Positions 20,049 to 27,994 of a DNA stretch of 35,763 bases are shown in pieces. The translations under genes and the position numbers were made by a program. How positions within the stretch are numbered: position 1 is the stretch's first letter; the number at the start of each line of letters is the position of its first letter. Source of the DNA: Bradymonadia bacterium (GTDB lineage: Bacteria; Myxococcota_A; Bradymonadia; UBA7976; UBA1532); the NCBI GenBank assembly GCA_046290225.1, contig JBKAGE010000072.1:1-35763 (forward strand). Reading direction: 5' to 3'. The notes beneath the pieces were generated by a model. That model was not told the origin of the DNA. It made no database searches and was given only the letters and a program-made list of their open reading frames with translations.

Positions 20049-20588
20049 TTACAAGCCCAGTTGCTTCACCATCGTGGGAAAGTCCGGAGCGACAACCTGC
20101 CAAATAGGCACCAGGGAGTCCGATAATACTGATGAGCCGCGCTTTTCTGGAATCGCCTTCCAATAGTTGCACAGAACCTGTGGTCTCTCCATGGAGTTGC
20201 GGTAATCCAACACCAAGCTGGAATCATCTCCAATCTCGAACTCGGCTAAATCAATGGCCAGATCCATATCCAAGCCCCGTGCAGCCCCCATTCCATTGTT
20301 CGCAGCCAGCCAGTAGCTCGGGTTTGCGAGTGCACTCTCGCGCACAGTCAGAAAGGGCGGTGATAGCAAATAGATGGCATCTCGCAAACAAAATGCACTG
20401 ACTTGTGCCCGAGGCACCCATTGAGCCTCATATTGCTGAGTACTCGCTTCCTCTGAGTTCTTGGGCCAGCGGCCTGTATTGAGCATCTCGAGCAGTAAAG
20501 GCGGAAGTGGAAGAGTGTATTTATACATGCATGAGCCTCCAAAGCTCACCGCAGAGATATCACCCAATAGAAGACGAGCATACCCCAC
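20049..20588 (-). CDS. Low-GC hypothetical protein, possibly a SUKH/SMI1-KNR4-like immunity-type protein (alternative start at 20528, MYKYTLPLPP).
   Basis: Distinctly AT-richer codon usage than its neighbours. Motifs LPLPPLLLEMLNTG, DSSLVLDY and C-terminal FPTMVKQLGL resemble the SUKH-1 pattern (from memory, weak). Confidence 0.4.
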   Translation of the reverse strand: MGYARLLLGDISAVSFGGSCMYKYTLPLPPLLLEMLNTGRWPKNSEEASTQQYEAQWVPRAQVSAFCLRDAIYLLSPPFLTVRESALANPSYWLAANNGMGAARGLDMDLAIDLAEFEIGDDSSLVLDYRNSMERPQVLCNYWKAIPEKRGSSVLSDSLVPIWQVVAPDFPTMVKQLGL

Positions 20589-20902
20589 CGTCTTCGACGA
20601 GCCCGGGGCAGCTCAACCCACCAAGTCGAGCCTACTGGAGTGAGGCTCATATGGAATGAGTATTTTGTCTGGCCGCAGTTCACCACCCCACAATTTCCTC
20701 ATCCATGACGTACCACAACAACACGCAGTCTACGTCCTGAGCACCCATAGAGAGAGCACCGCGTAGAGGCGGAGGCCTCGGGAGTGGGCGGCTGCGTCGT
20801 GAGGCGTGGTGGCTGAGTGGTGACTCAACCGCAGGCGCAGCAGCGCTGCGTCGAGGATTGCGGCGCCGCTCAGACGCCGCGCATCGCGGGGCAGACGCCC
20901 GC

Positions 20903-21670
20903 TCACGGGGCCGGAGCCTCGGAGCCCCAACGAATGTACCAGGACACAATCCCGCCCCAGCCATCCAACGGCACCCGAGCGTAGCTATAGAACACATCCA
21001 GGTTCAGCAGCGCCGACGACGTTGGCCAGCCTTCCAAGATCACCCCACCGCTCACGCGGTTTGGGATCACCCCCTGCCCACGGATGCGGCCCACCGTGTG
21101 CTCCCCGTAACCCCACCAGGACACCCCTTGCCCCGGCAACGCGCCGGCGAAGCGGTACATCAGGGCCGAGGCCTGCTCGATGGACCACTCCTCGTCCAGA
21201 ATCAGATCTCGAAAGATCTCCTCCTGGCGGAAGCCTCGGTGGCGATACACCCCTGTCGTGCGGCTATAGAGCCACCAGTCCGACGTGCGGATGTTGAGGT
21301 TCATCTGAGGGCGGACCAGCCAGCGCAGGCCGTAGGTGCGGGTGGTCACGTCGCCTTTCCCCTGATCAGGGCCCAGCTTCAGAAAAAAACCCGGCTCCGC
21401 CCCCGCGTCCACGTGGAACTCCAGCCAGGCCGGATCCGTCTTGTAGCTGAGCTGTACCCCCAGGCCGTTGGCGAAGACCAGCCACTCGTTGTAGAGCGCC
21501 AGCCCGAAGCCATCATCCCCGACGTCCCAGCCCGCGTCGTAGCGGAGGAACAGGCCTTCAGGGTTCACGATGAGCGCGCCCGTGAGAGTGTGGTGGGGAT
21601 CATCAGCGAGGACTGGAGAGGCGGCGAGGGCCCCGAGCGCGACGAGGGCGCTCGGGAGGGCGCGGATCAC
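20903..21670 (-). CDS. Secreted hypothetical protein (signal peptide, Trp/Gly-rich); last gene of the radical-SAM operon.
   Basis: Signal ALGALAASPVLADD. The start overlaps the stop of the DUF547 gene by 4 nt. No domain recognised. Confidence 0.55.
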   Translation of the reverse strand: MIRALPSALVALGALAASPVLADDPHHTLTGALIVNPEGLFLRYDAGWDVGDDGFGLALYNEWLVFANGLGVQLSYKTDPAWLEFHVDAGAEPGFFLKLGPDQGKGDVTTRTYGLRWLVRPQMNLNIRTSDWWLYSRTTGVYRHRGFRQEEIFRDLILDEEWSIEQASALMYRFAGALPGQGVSWWGYGEHTVGRIRGQGVIPNRVSGGVILEGWPTSSALLNLDVFYSYARVPLDGWGGIVSWYIRWGSEAPAP

Positions 21671-22458
21671 TCCTTGACCGGCTTGTTCAGCGTCCAGTCG
21701 TAGGGGCGGTAGGTGATCCGGATGTCGGGGGGGATCTCCAAATCAGCAGCGGAGCCGTTGATCCAGCGGATGACCGTGGGGGGGAAGTCCTCGGCGTACC
21801 ACTCGAAGATCTGGCTGAGGAGCACGCGATCCGCCACCTTCTTCACGTTGCGCTCCTCGTGCAGGAACTTCACCGTCTCCCGGGTGAGCTGCTCCTCGAG
21901 CTTCTCCGGCAAGAAAGGCTCGTTGGGCAGCTGCGGGCAGCCCACGCTGGCGCAGTTGAGGGCGAAGTGGATGCGGGGCTCCTTGAAGGTGGGGCGGATC
22001 ACCTTGTTCTCGAGATCGTAGAGGGCGATGTCCTGGCCATCGAGCACGAACTCGGTGAAGTAGAAGAAGTTCTTCGGATCATCGTTCACCGACACGAACT
22101 TGGGCAGCCGGTTGATGACGTTGAACATGGTGAGGGCGTTGTAGGCGTTGATGTAGTACGCCAGCCGATCCTCTTTGGTCTTGAAGAGGTTCGGAGTCTT
22201 GCGAGGGCCCGCGGCGGCGATGAGGGCCACGAAGCGATCGAGGCCCTCGCGGTTGGCCTTGAGGGCGGAGTAGTTCACTCGACCGGCGTCGTCGACGTAG
22301 GTCTTCAGCACCTCGGTCCAGTCGGTGTAGTCGAAGCTCTTCATGCCCGAGACCTTGCTCGGATCGATCTCGACCTTGGGCTTGACGGTGCTGGAGCAGG
22401 CGGCGCCGAGCATCAGACAGCTGATGGCGGCGAGGAAAGTACGAATCATGCGGCTCAA
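21667..22458 (-). CDS. DUF547-domain lipoprotein.
   Basis: Lipobox LMLGAAC. LAYYINAYNALTMFNVIN matches the DUF547 core motif (a-F-W-I-N-x-Y-N-a). 4-nt overlaps on both sides. Confidence 0.65.
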   Translation of the reverse strand: MSRMIRTFLAAISCLMLGAACSSTVKPKVEIDPSKVSGMKSFDYTDWTEVLKTYVDDAGRVNYSALKANREGLDRFVALIAAAGPRKTPNLFKTKEDRLAYYINAYNALTMFNVINRLPKFVSVNDDPKNFFYFTEFVLDGQDIALYDLENKVIRPTFKEPRIHFALNCASVGCPQLPNEPFLPEKLEEQLTRETVKFLHEERNVKKVADRVLLSQIFEWYAEDFPPTVIRWINGSAADLEIPPDIRITYRPYDWTLNKPVKE

Positions 22459-23849
22459 CCGGCCCTCCGGATAGGCTCTTTGATGGAGACCAGGCGATCC
22501 TGGTCCTTGAGATTCTGTTTACGGCGCATGTCGGTGCCGTTGAGTCGACACATCGACACCATCTCGCCGTCGATGGGCACCTTGAACGAACAGGCGTCGA
22601 GGCGGGCCTTGCCCTCCTCGGTCTCCAGCTCGTGGGCGCTCATGAAGTTGTGCACCACCACGCCGAAGGGGCTCACGCGCCAACGGCGGCGGGCGGCGAC
22701 GGCCTTGAGGAACTCCGGCACCCAGGCCCGCTCCTCCCAGACCCGGCTCGCGCAGAAGGTGGGGATGCTCCACAGGTAGCGGGGGCTCTGGGCGAAGCGG
22801 CCCATCAAGCGGGCGAGCACCAAGTGCCCGGCCTCGCCGTCGGGGCTGAAGCCTGCGAGGCCATCGCTGATCAGGCGCTCGAAGAAGACCCGATCTTTGT
22901 CGACACCTTCTCGGGTGACCTCCATGAGCTGAGTCTGCTCATTGCCCTCGGCGTCTTCGTATTTGATCACCCAGAACATGCTCACCGAGTTGCACTGCGG
23001 GTGGCCGAAGCGCATGGCGTGGCGGTTGAGGTGCAGGCCTGCTCCCTCGCGGACCTGGTTCCAGAGGGCCTCACGCTGGTTCACCTGCTCGCTCTCACGG
23101 GTGCGCCCCACATCGGCGGTGGGCTGCAGGCTGAACAGATAGAAGGCGTCGCTGTTGTCGATGAACCACCGCAACACCTCGGGCACCTGCTCGAAGTTGT
23201 CTTCGGTCACTGTGAAGGTGCCCGCGGCTTCGAAGTTGATCCCCGTCTTCTTGCGGGTCTGGCGCACCAGATTGGCGAAAGCGTCTCTGATCCAGTGGAT
23301 GTCGGTCTCGGTGTCTCGAGCCCGCAACCCCAGGCGGCCCTTCTGAGTGGTATCGATGTGGAACGCCACCTTGCGCAAGTGCCCCTCCACGAGCAGGCGC
23401 TCGAGGTAAGTCGGATCTTTCAAGATGGTCTGACCATTGGTCATGAGCATGGGGGTGAGCTGAATCTCGTGGCAGTACCGCAAGATCTCGATCAGCTCGT
23501 CACAGGGCAGCAGGGTGACCTCGCCGGCGGTGATCTGGGTGCTGCCCCAGGGACCGAGATGCTCACGGATCTGGTCGAGCTGAGCCTTCACCTCGTGCAT
23601 GGGCAGCGGCGGGGTGTCGTCGGCGACGTCGGCGAGATAGCAGGCGGTGCATTTGAAGTCGCAGGCCTCAAGCACGCCATAGGTGGCGGCGCAGCCCGCA
23701 GACTGCTTGCCCAGGACCTGATTGGGCACCTGCAGATCCGGGGGCAGGTTGTCCCAGGTGCGCTGCGCGGCGCCGGCTTTGTCTGCGTGCACAGGGTTGA
23801 GGAAGGCGGAGACAGTCTCGCGGGCGGTGCGCAGCGTGCGCGTGATCAT
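22455..23849 (-). CDS. Radical SAM enzyme of unassigned subfamily. The C-terminal roughly 250 aa show no SPASM or B12 motifs I can recognise.
   Basis: CxxxCxxC = CDFKCTAC at about residue 64-71, with Y after the third Cys. Downstream ITAGEVTLLP matches the GGEP-like SAM-binding motif. Two further Cys near the C-terminus (CSFK...SMC). Confidence 0.8.
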   Translation of the reverse strand: MITRTLRTARETVSAFLNPVHADKAGAAQRTWDNLPPDLQVPNQVLGKQSAGCAATYGVLEACDFKCTACYLADVADDTPPLPMHEVKAQLDQIREHLGPWGSTQITAGEVTLLPCDELIEILRYCHEIQLTPMLMTNGQTILKDPTYLERLLVEGHLRKVAFHIDTTQKGRLGLRARDTETDIHWIRDAFANLVRQTRKKTGINFEAAGTFTVTEDNFEQVPEVLRWFIDNSDAFYLFSLQPTADVGRTRESEQVNQREALWNQVREGAGLHLNRHAMRFGHPQCNSVSMFWVIKYEDAEGNEQTQLMEVTREGVDKDRVFFERLISDGLAGFSPDGEAGHLVLARLMGRFAQSPRYLWSIPTFCASRVWEERAWVPEFLKAVAARRRWRVSPFGVVVHNFMSAHELETEEGKARLDACSFKVPIDGEMVSMCRLNGTDMRRKQNLKDQDRLVSIKEPIRRAG

Positions 23850-24004
23850 GATCCAACCTCTCTGATCGCCGCCCTGCTCTCGGCGGCGTTCATCGCGTCA
23901 CTCGGGTGTGCGTCCATGCACGACATGAAAAGGTGTGCGTGCACAGTACGCAATGGGCCCGTCTGGAGCAATCACTGGTCGCGATGAGAGGTTGCGAGCA
24001 GGAC

Positions 24005-25261
24005 TCAGCCCTCGGCGTCTTCACTGCGGGGCTTGGTGTCGGGGAAGTACTTGCGCTCGATCGTCTCGTAGTAGTCGATGATCTGGCGCACGTAGGCCCG
24101 CTTCTTGAGGTAGGTGCCGGGGAAGAAGCTGCGCTTGAAGCCATAGATGATGATGGAGCGCAGATCGTCCCGATCGATGTCGAGGTGCTCCACGGCGAGG
24201 GACAGCTCCCGGGTGACGGTGGTGTCGCTCACGGTGCGGTTGTCGGTGCAGATGGTGGTGGACAGCCGGTGCTTGCGCAGCGTCTTGAAGCTGTGCTGCG
24301 AGAGCGAATCCATGTGGGGGTTCGTCTGCAGGTTGCTCGTGAGACAGACCTCGAGGGTGATGCGCCGATCGGCGATGTACTCACCGAGTGACTCGACGTA
24401 GGCCTCTTTGTCTTTGATGCCTTCTGTCTGGATGGCGTTCGGATCGAGCAGGTAGGTGCCGTGGCCGATGCGATCAGCGTGCAGATCGGTGATGGCCTGG
24501 AAGATGCTCTCGGGGCCATAAGCCTCGCCGGCGTGCACCGTCTTCTTGAGGAACTTCTTGTGGGCGTGCTGGAAGGCGTCCATGTGGGACTCTGCGGGGT
24601 AGCCCGCCTCTTCGCCGGCAAGGTCGAAGCCCACCACCGGCAGCCCGTAGTCGTCACGGGCGATGACCGCGGCCCGGGCCAGCTCCATCGACGCCATGGC
24701 GTACACCTCGTCATCGGGGGTGTAGGTGTGGGCCCGGTGGATGTTGGAGAAGTACTCGCTGAAGGCCGGCGTGAACATGCGCATGGCGCAGCAGATGATG
24801 CCGTACTCGAAGGGGGGCTCGGTGCCAGAGCTGACCTCTGTGCGGCTGTTGAACTCGTCTTTGGCTTTCTTGAGGCCCCGGTTCACCGCCTTGATCACCG
24901 TGACGGTGTTCATGTGCTGGTGCACGTGCAGCTGAGGGGCGAAACGCACCTCGAGGTAACGCACGCCTTCGGCCTGGTTGTCCTGAGCGAGCTCGTAGGC
25001 CACGCGCTCCAGGGCCACCTCGCTCTGCATCACCGCCACGGTGTAGGCGAAGCCCTGCAGATACTCGCCGAGGTTCTTGTAGCGACCCTTGAAGACCTTC
25101 TCGCGCAGACCAGCCTCGGTGTAGCTGGGCAGCTCGACGTTGTACTCACGGGCGAGGTCGATGAGGGTGGGGATGCGGATGGAGCCGTCGAGGTGGACGT
25201 GCAAATCGGTCTTGGGGAGTTCTTTGAGGAACTCGAGGGGGATCTCTTCCCGTGCGCTCAC
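24005..25261 (-). CDS. Adenosine/adenine deaminase-family metallohydrolase (ADA fold). At 418 aa it is longer than typical Add.
   Basis: N-terminal LPKTDLHVHLDGS (the ADA HxHxDG zinc motif). Conserved downstream His/Asp such as ...HAGE... and ...SDD-like TDNRT. The subfamily needs a database check. Confidence 0.75.
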   Translation of the reverse strand: MSAREEIPLEFLKELPKTDLHVHLDGSIRIPTLIDLAREYNVELPSYTEAGLREKVFKGRYKNLGEYLQGFAYTVAVMQSEVALERVAYELAQDNQAEGVRYLEVRFAPQLHVHQHMNTVTVIKAVNRGLKKAKDEFNSRTEVSSGTEPPFEYGIICCAMRMFTPAFSEYFSNIHRAHTYTPDDEVYAMASMELARAAVIARDDYGLPVVGFDLAGEEAGYPAESHMDAFQHAHKKFLKKTVHAGEAYGPESIFQAITDLHADRIGHGTYLLDPNAIQTEGIKDKEAYVESLGEYIADRRITLEVCLTSNLQTNPHMDSLSQHSFKTLRKHRLSTTICTDNRTVSDTTVTRELSLAVEHLDIDRDDLRSIIIYGFKRSFFPGTYLKKRAYVRQIIDYYETIERKYFPDTKPRSEDAEG

Positions 25262-25384
25262 TGGGCCTCCTGAGGTGATTGGATGCGAGGGATGATACGC
25301 CCTTGCAGAGGCCGGTGCGAGGATGCTGTGCAGTGTGGAGGATCTGCGCTCAAGGAATCTCTGTGGAAATCCCTTGGGGATCTC

Positions 25385-25489
25385 TCAGGGATCCCGTCTG
25401 GGCATGACCCCGAGGATGAGCTGACATGCGCCGGCGGTGAGGGCGACGCCGAAGACCGCAGAGAGACCGAGAGCCAGAACGATTTCCAT
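25385..25489 (-). CDS. Candidate 34-aa hydrophobic small protein MEIVLALGLSAVFGVALTAGACQLILGVMPRRDP (one TM helix) in the add/dapA divergent intergenic region.
   Basis: Near-perfect SD AAGGAG 6 nt upstream of ATG 25489. The peptide is a single hydrophobic helix. It lies 124 nt upstream of the ADA-like gene on the same strand. Confidence 0.25.
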   Translation of the reverse strand: MEIVLALGLSAVFGVALTAGACQLILGVMPRRDP

Positions 25490-25688
25490 GTCTTGCTCCT
25501 TCACTGCCGAGGGGCAGCCGACCCCTGTAGAGGGGCCAAAATTTCGCGGGAAGTTATCGGGGGTTGTGGTCGCTGTCAACGCTGTTGAATCACCATTCAA
25601 CATGCGCCACAGCCTCGCCCCTGGACACGGCGCTCGCGGATCCCTAGCCTGCGTCGGTCCTGATCCTGGCCCCAGCGAGGTAGCCGCC

Positions 25689-26618
25689 ATGTCCCAGAGC
25701 ACCACCGACCGTCCCCTCTTCTCGGGCATCTACACCGCCCTGATCACCCCCTTCGTCGACGGCGCCCCCGATCTCGACGGCGTGGCCCGCCTCGTGGAGC
25801 GCCAGATCGCAGCAGGCGTCGACGGTGTGGTGCCATGCGGCACCACAGGCGAGTCGGCCACCCTGAGCGCCGATGAGCAGGCTCGGGTCATCGAGCAGGC
25901 CGTCAAGACCGCTGACGGCCGCTGCCAGATCATCGCCGGGGTGGGCAGCAACAACACCGCCACGGCGGTGGAGCTCGCCCAGCGGGCCAAGGCTCTCGGT
26001 GCCGACGGTGGCCTCACCATCACGCCCTACTACAACAAGCCCGGCCAGGAAGGCATGTACCGCCACTTCGCCGCAGTACAAGAGGCCAACCCCGGTTTCC
26101 CACTGGTGCTCTACAACGTCCCCGGCCGCACCAACGTGAGCCTGAGCGTGGAGACCTGTCTGCGCCTCGCCGAGCTGCCTGACGTGGTGGCCATCAAGGA
26201 GGCCACCGCCGATCTCGCCTTCAACGGCGAGCTCATCGCCGCCCTCGGCGATCGGATGGCGGTGCTCTCCGGCGAAGACTCTGTTGCGTTCCCCCTCTGG
26301 TGCATCGGCGGCCACGGCGTGATCGCCGTGGCCAGCAACGCCGTGCCCGAGCGGCTCGTGGCCATGTGGAAGGCCTTCCAGAGCGGTGACTGGCTCGAAG
26401 CCCGACGCCTGCATCTCGCCCTGATGCCCCTCTTCAAGGCCAACTTCTGCGAGACCAACCCCACCCCCATCAAGGCCCTGGTGTCCTGGATGGTGGACGG
26501 TATCTCACCAGAAGGCCGCTTGCCCCTCGTACCCTTCACGGAAGCCGGCGCTGACCGACTGCGAGGTGTGTGCAGAGGCCTCGAGATCCCCCTGCCCTTC
26601 GACCTGGCCGCCCGATGA
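25689..26618 (+). CDS. dapA: 4-hydroxy-tetrahydrodipicolinate synthase.
   Basis: GTTGES, LYNVPGRT and AIKEAT motifs. GAGG about 10 nt upstream of ATG 25689 (the six-frame ORF 25437.. is overextended). Confidence 0.9.
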   Translation: MSQSTTDRPLFSGIYTALITPFVDGAPDLDGVARLVERQIAAGVDGVVPCGTTGESATLSADEQARVIEQAVKTADGRCQIIAGVGSNNTATAVELAQRAKALGADGGLTITPYYNKPGQEGMYRHFAAVQEANPGFPLVLYNVPGRTNVSLSVETCLRLAELPDVVAIKEATADLAFNGELIAALGDRMAVLSGEDSVAFPLWCIGGHGVIAVASNAVPERLVAMWKAFQSGDWLEARRLHLALMPLFKANFCETNPTPIKALVSWMVDGISPEGRLPLVPFTEAGADRLRGVCRGLEIPLPFDLAAR

Positions 26619-27376
26619 CTGCGGAGACAGCAGCGGCCCCGATTCACCTGGGGCTCTTCGGCGCTGGGGGCCGCATGGGTCGGGCGGTCATCAGCCTCGT
26701 ACCCGAGTTTCCCACCCTGACCTTGTCGACGACGGTGGGGCATCGCACGGATCCTGAGATCGACTTCGCTGGCTGTGACGTGGTCATCGACTTCGCCCTG
26801 GCTCAGGCCACTGATGATCTGCTCAAGCGCCTCGATGGCAGCCGCGCGGCGTTGATCACCGGCGTCACCGGGCGTACGCAGGCGCAGGAAGACGCCATCC
26901 GGGTGCGACAGCACGTGGCCCCTGTGCTCGAGGCCTCGAACTTCAGTGTTGGGGTGGCCATCCTGCGGCGCCTCGCCGCCCAGGCCGCAAAGATGACGGG
27001 CACCGACTGGGATCTCGAGGTGATGGAGATTCACCACCGGCGCAAGCAGGACGCCCCCAGCGGCACCGCCCTCACCCTCGCCACCGATCTCGCCGAGGCT
27101 CGGGGACAGCCCTGGCCTCAATCTGGCGCCATGGGCCGAGCCGCCACAGGGGGCTCACGGTCCGCCGGGGAGATCGGCGTCTCCGCCGTGAGGGGGGGAG
27201 ATGTAGTCGGAGATCACACCATATACTTCATGGGCCCGATGGAACGTCTCGAGTTGACCCACCGCGCCATCGATCGTCGCGTCTTCGCCCATGGTGCCTT
27301 GCTCTGCGCCCGGTGGGCCGCTCGACAAGGGCCGGGCCTCTACACGATTTATGATGTGCTCGACGACGCGATCTGA
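26615..27376 (+). CDS. dapB: 4-hydroxy-tetrahydrodipicolinate reductase.
   Basis: N-terminal Rossmann motif GLFGAGGRMGR. EIHHRRKQDAPSGTAL signature. ATGA overlap with the dapA stop. Confidence 0.9.
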   Translation: MTAETAAAPIHLGLFGAGGRMGRAVISLVPEFPTLTLSTTVGHRTDPEIDFAGCDVVIDFALAQATDDLLKRLDGSRAALITGVTGRTQAQEDAIRVRQHVAPVLEASNFSVGVAILRRLAAQAAKMTGTDWDLEVMEIHHRRKQDAPSGTALTLATDLAEARGQPWPQSGAMGRAATGGSRSAGEIGVSAVRGGDVVGDHTIYFMGPMERLELTHRAIDRRVFAHGALLCARWAARQGPGLYTIYDVLDDAI

Positions 27377-27425
27377 GCCCCTCGACCTGCACCGCCATTT
27401 GAACCCGTCCTGACCCCCCGCTAAG

Positions 27426-27776
27426 GTGTTTCACAGAGCGGTTCAAACCGGGGATTTAGAGGTGAAGACAGAAGGGTTCAGCCCTGTCACCGGGCTCGAT
27501 TTACACGTGATCGAGCTGGGTTCGTCAGGTATACATTTTCTCTTCGCCCCGGAAATCATCCGGGCAGCGTTTGCATCCATTGAGCAAGATGGCATTGACG
27601 CCCGATGTATCCGACTGGCACATCAAGCGCTTCGCTCGCTCTCTTCTCTAGAAGATCCATACGAAACCCACACACATCTACAAAGCTTGGATGACCGAGT
27701 GTTGTATACGGTGGTGTTTCTGTATTTTCGGACGCTGGATCAATATATGGCTCAAGGTGGCTTCACGCTCCACTGA
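27426..27776 (+). CDS. Hypothetical 116-aa ORF in a low-GC stretch between dapB and the TamB-like gene. Coding status is uncertain.
   Basis: Only the ORF and atypical composition support it. No motif. Confidence 0.2.
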   Translation: MFHRAVQTGDLEVKTEGFSPVTGLDLHVIELGSSGIHFLFAPEIIRAAFASIEQDGIDARCIRLAHQALRSLSSLEDPYETHTHLQSLDDRVLYTVVFLYFRTLDQYMAQGGFTLH

Positions 27777-27994
27777 AGCCCGTCTCTCCTCGCCTCGCAC
27801 CCACCCTTCGGGTGATCCCGGCACACATCGAGATCACAAACCGGGCGATCTGCCGCGAAACCTGTAGAATACGCGGCCGCGCACCCTGCGTTTGATCCTC
27901 TGATGTCTGACGAGCCCTACCAGCCGGTCTGATTCTCCATGAGCCCCTCCCCCCCGCACGGCCCTCGTGGGCCACGTGATCTCCGGAGCCTGCG

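Noticed and set aside
20640-20900. Possible tRNA or small RNA in the GC-rich spacer upstream of the SUKH-like gene
   Set aside because: No T-arm (GGTTCGAATCC-like) or cloverleaf could be assembled by eye. The 105-aa ORF 20680..20997 is low-complexity.
20858-23987. ORFs 20858..21703 (+), 21859..22779 (+) and 22632..23987 (+)
   Set aside because: They are antisense to the rSAM/DUF547/secreted-protein operon.
24461-27121. ORFs 24461..25273 (+), 25644..26414 (-) and 26111..27121 (-)
   Set aside because: They are antisense to the ADA-like gene, dapA and dapB.
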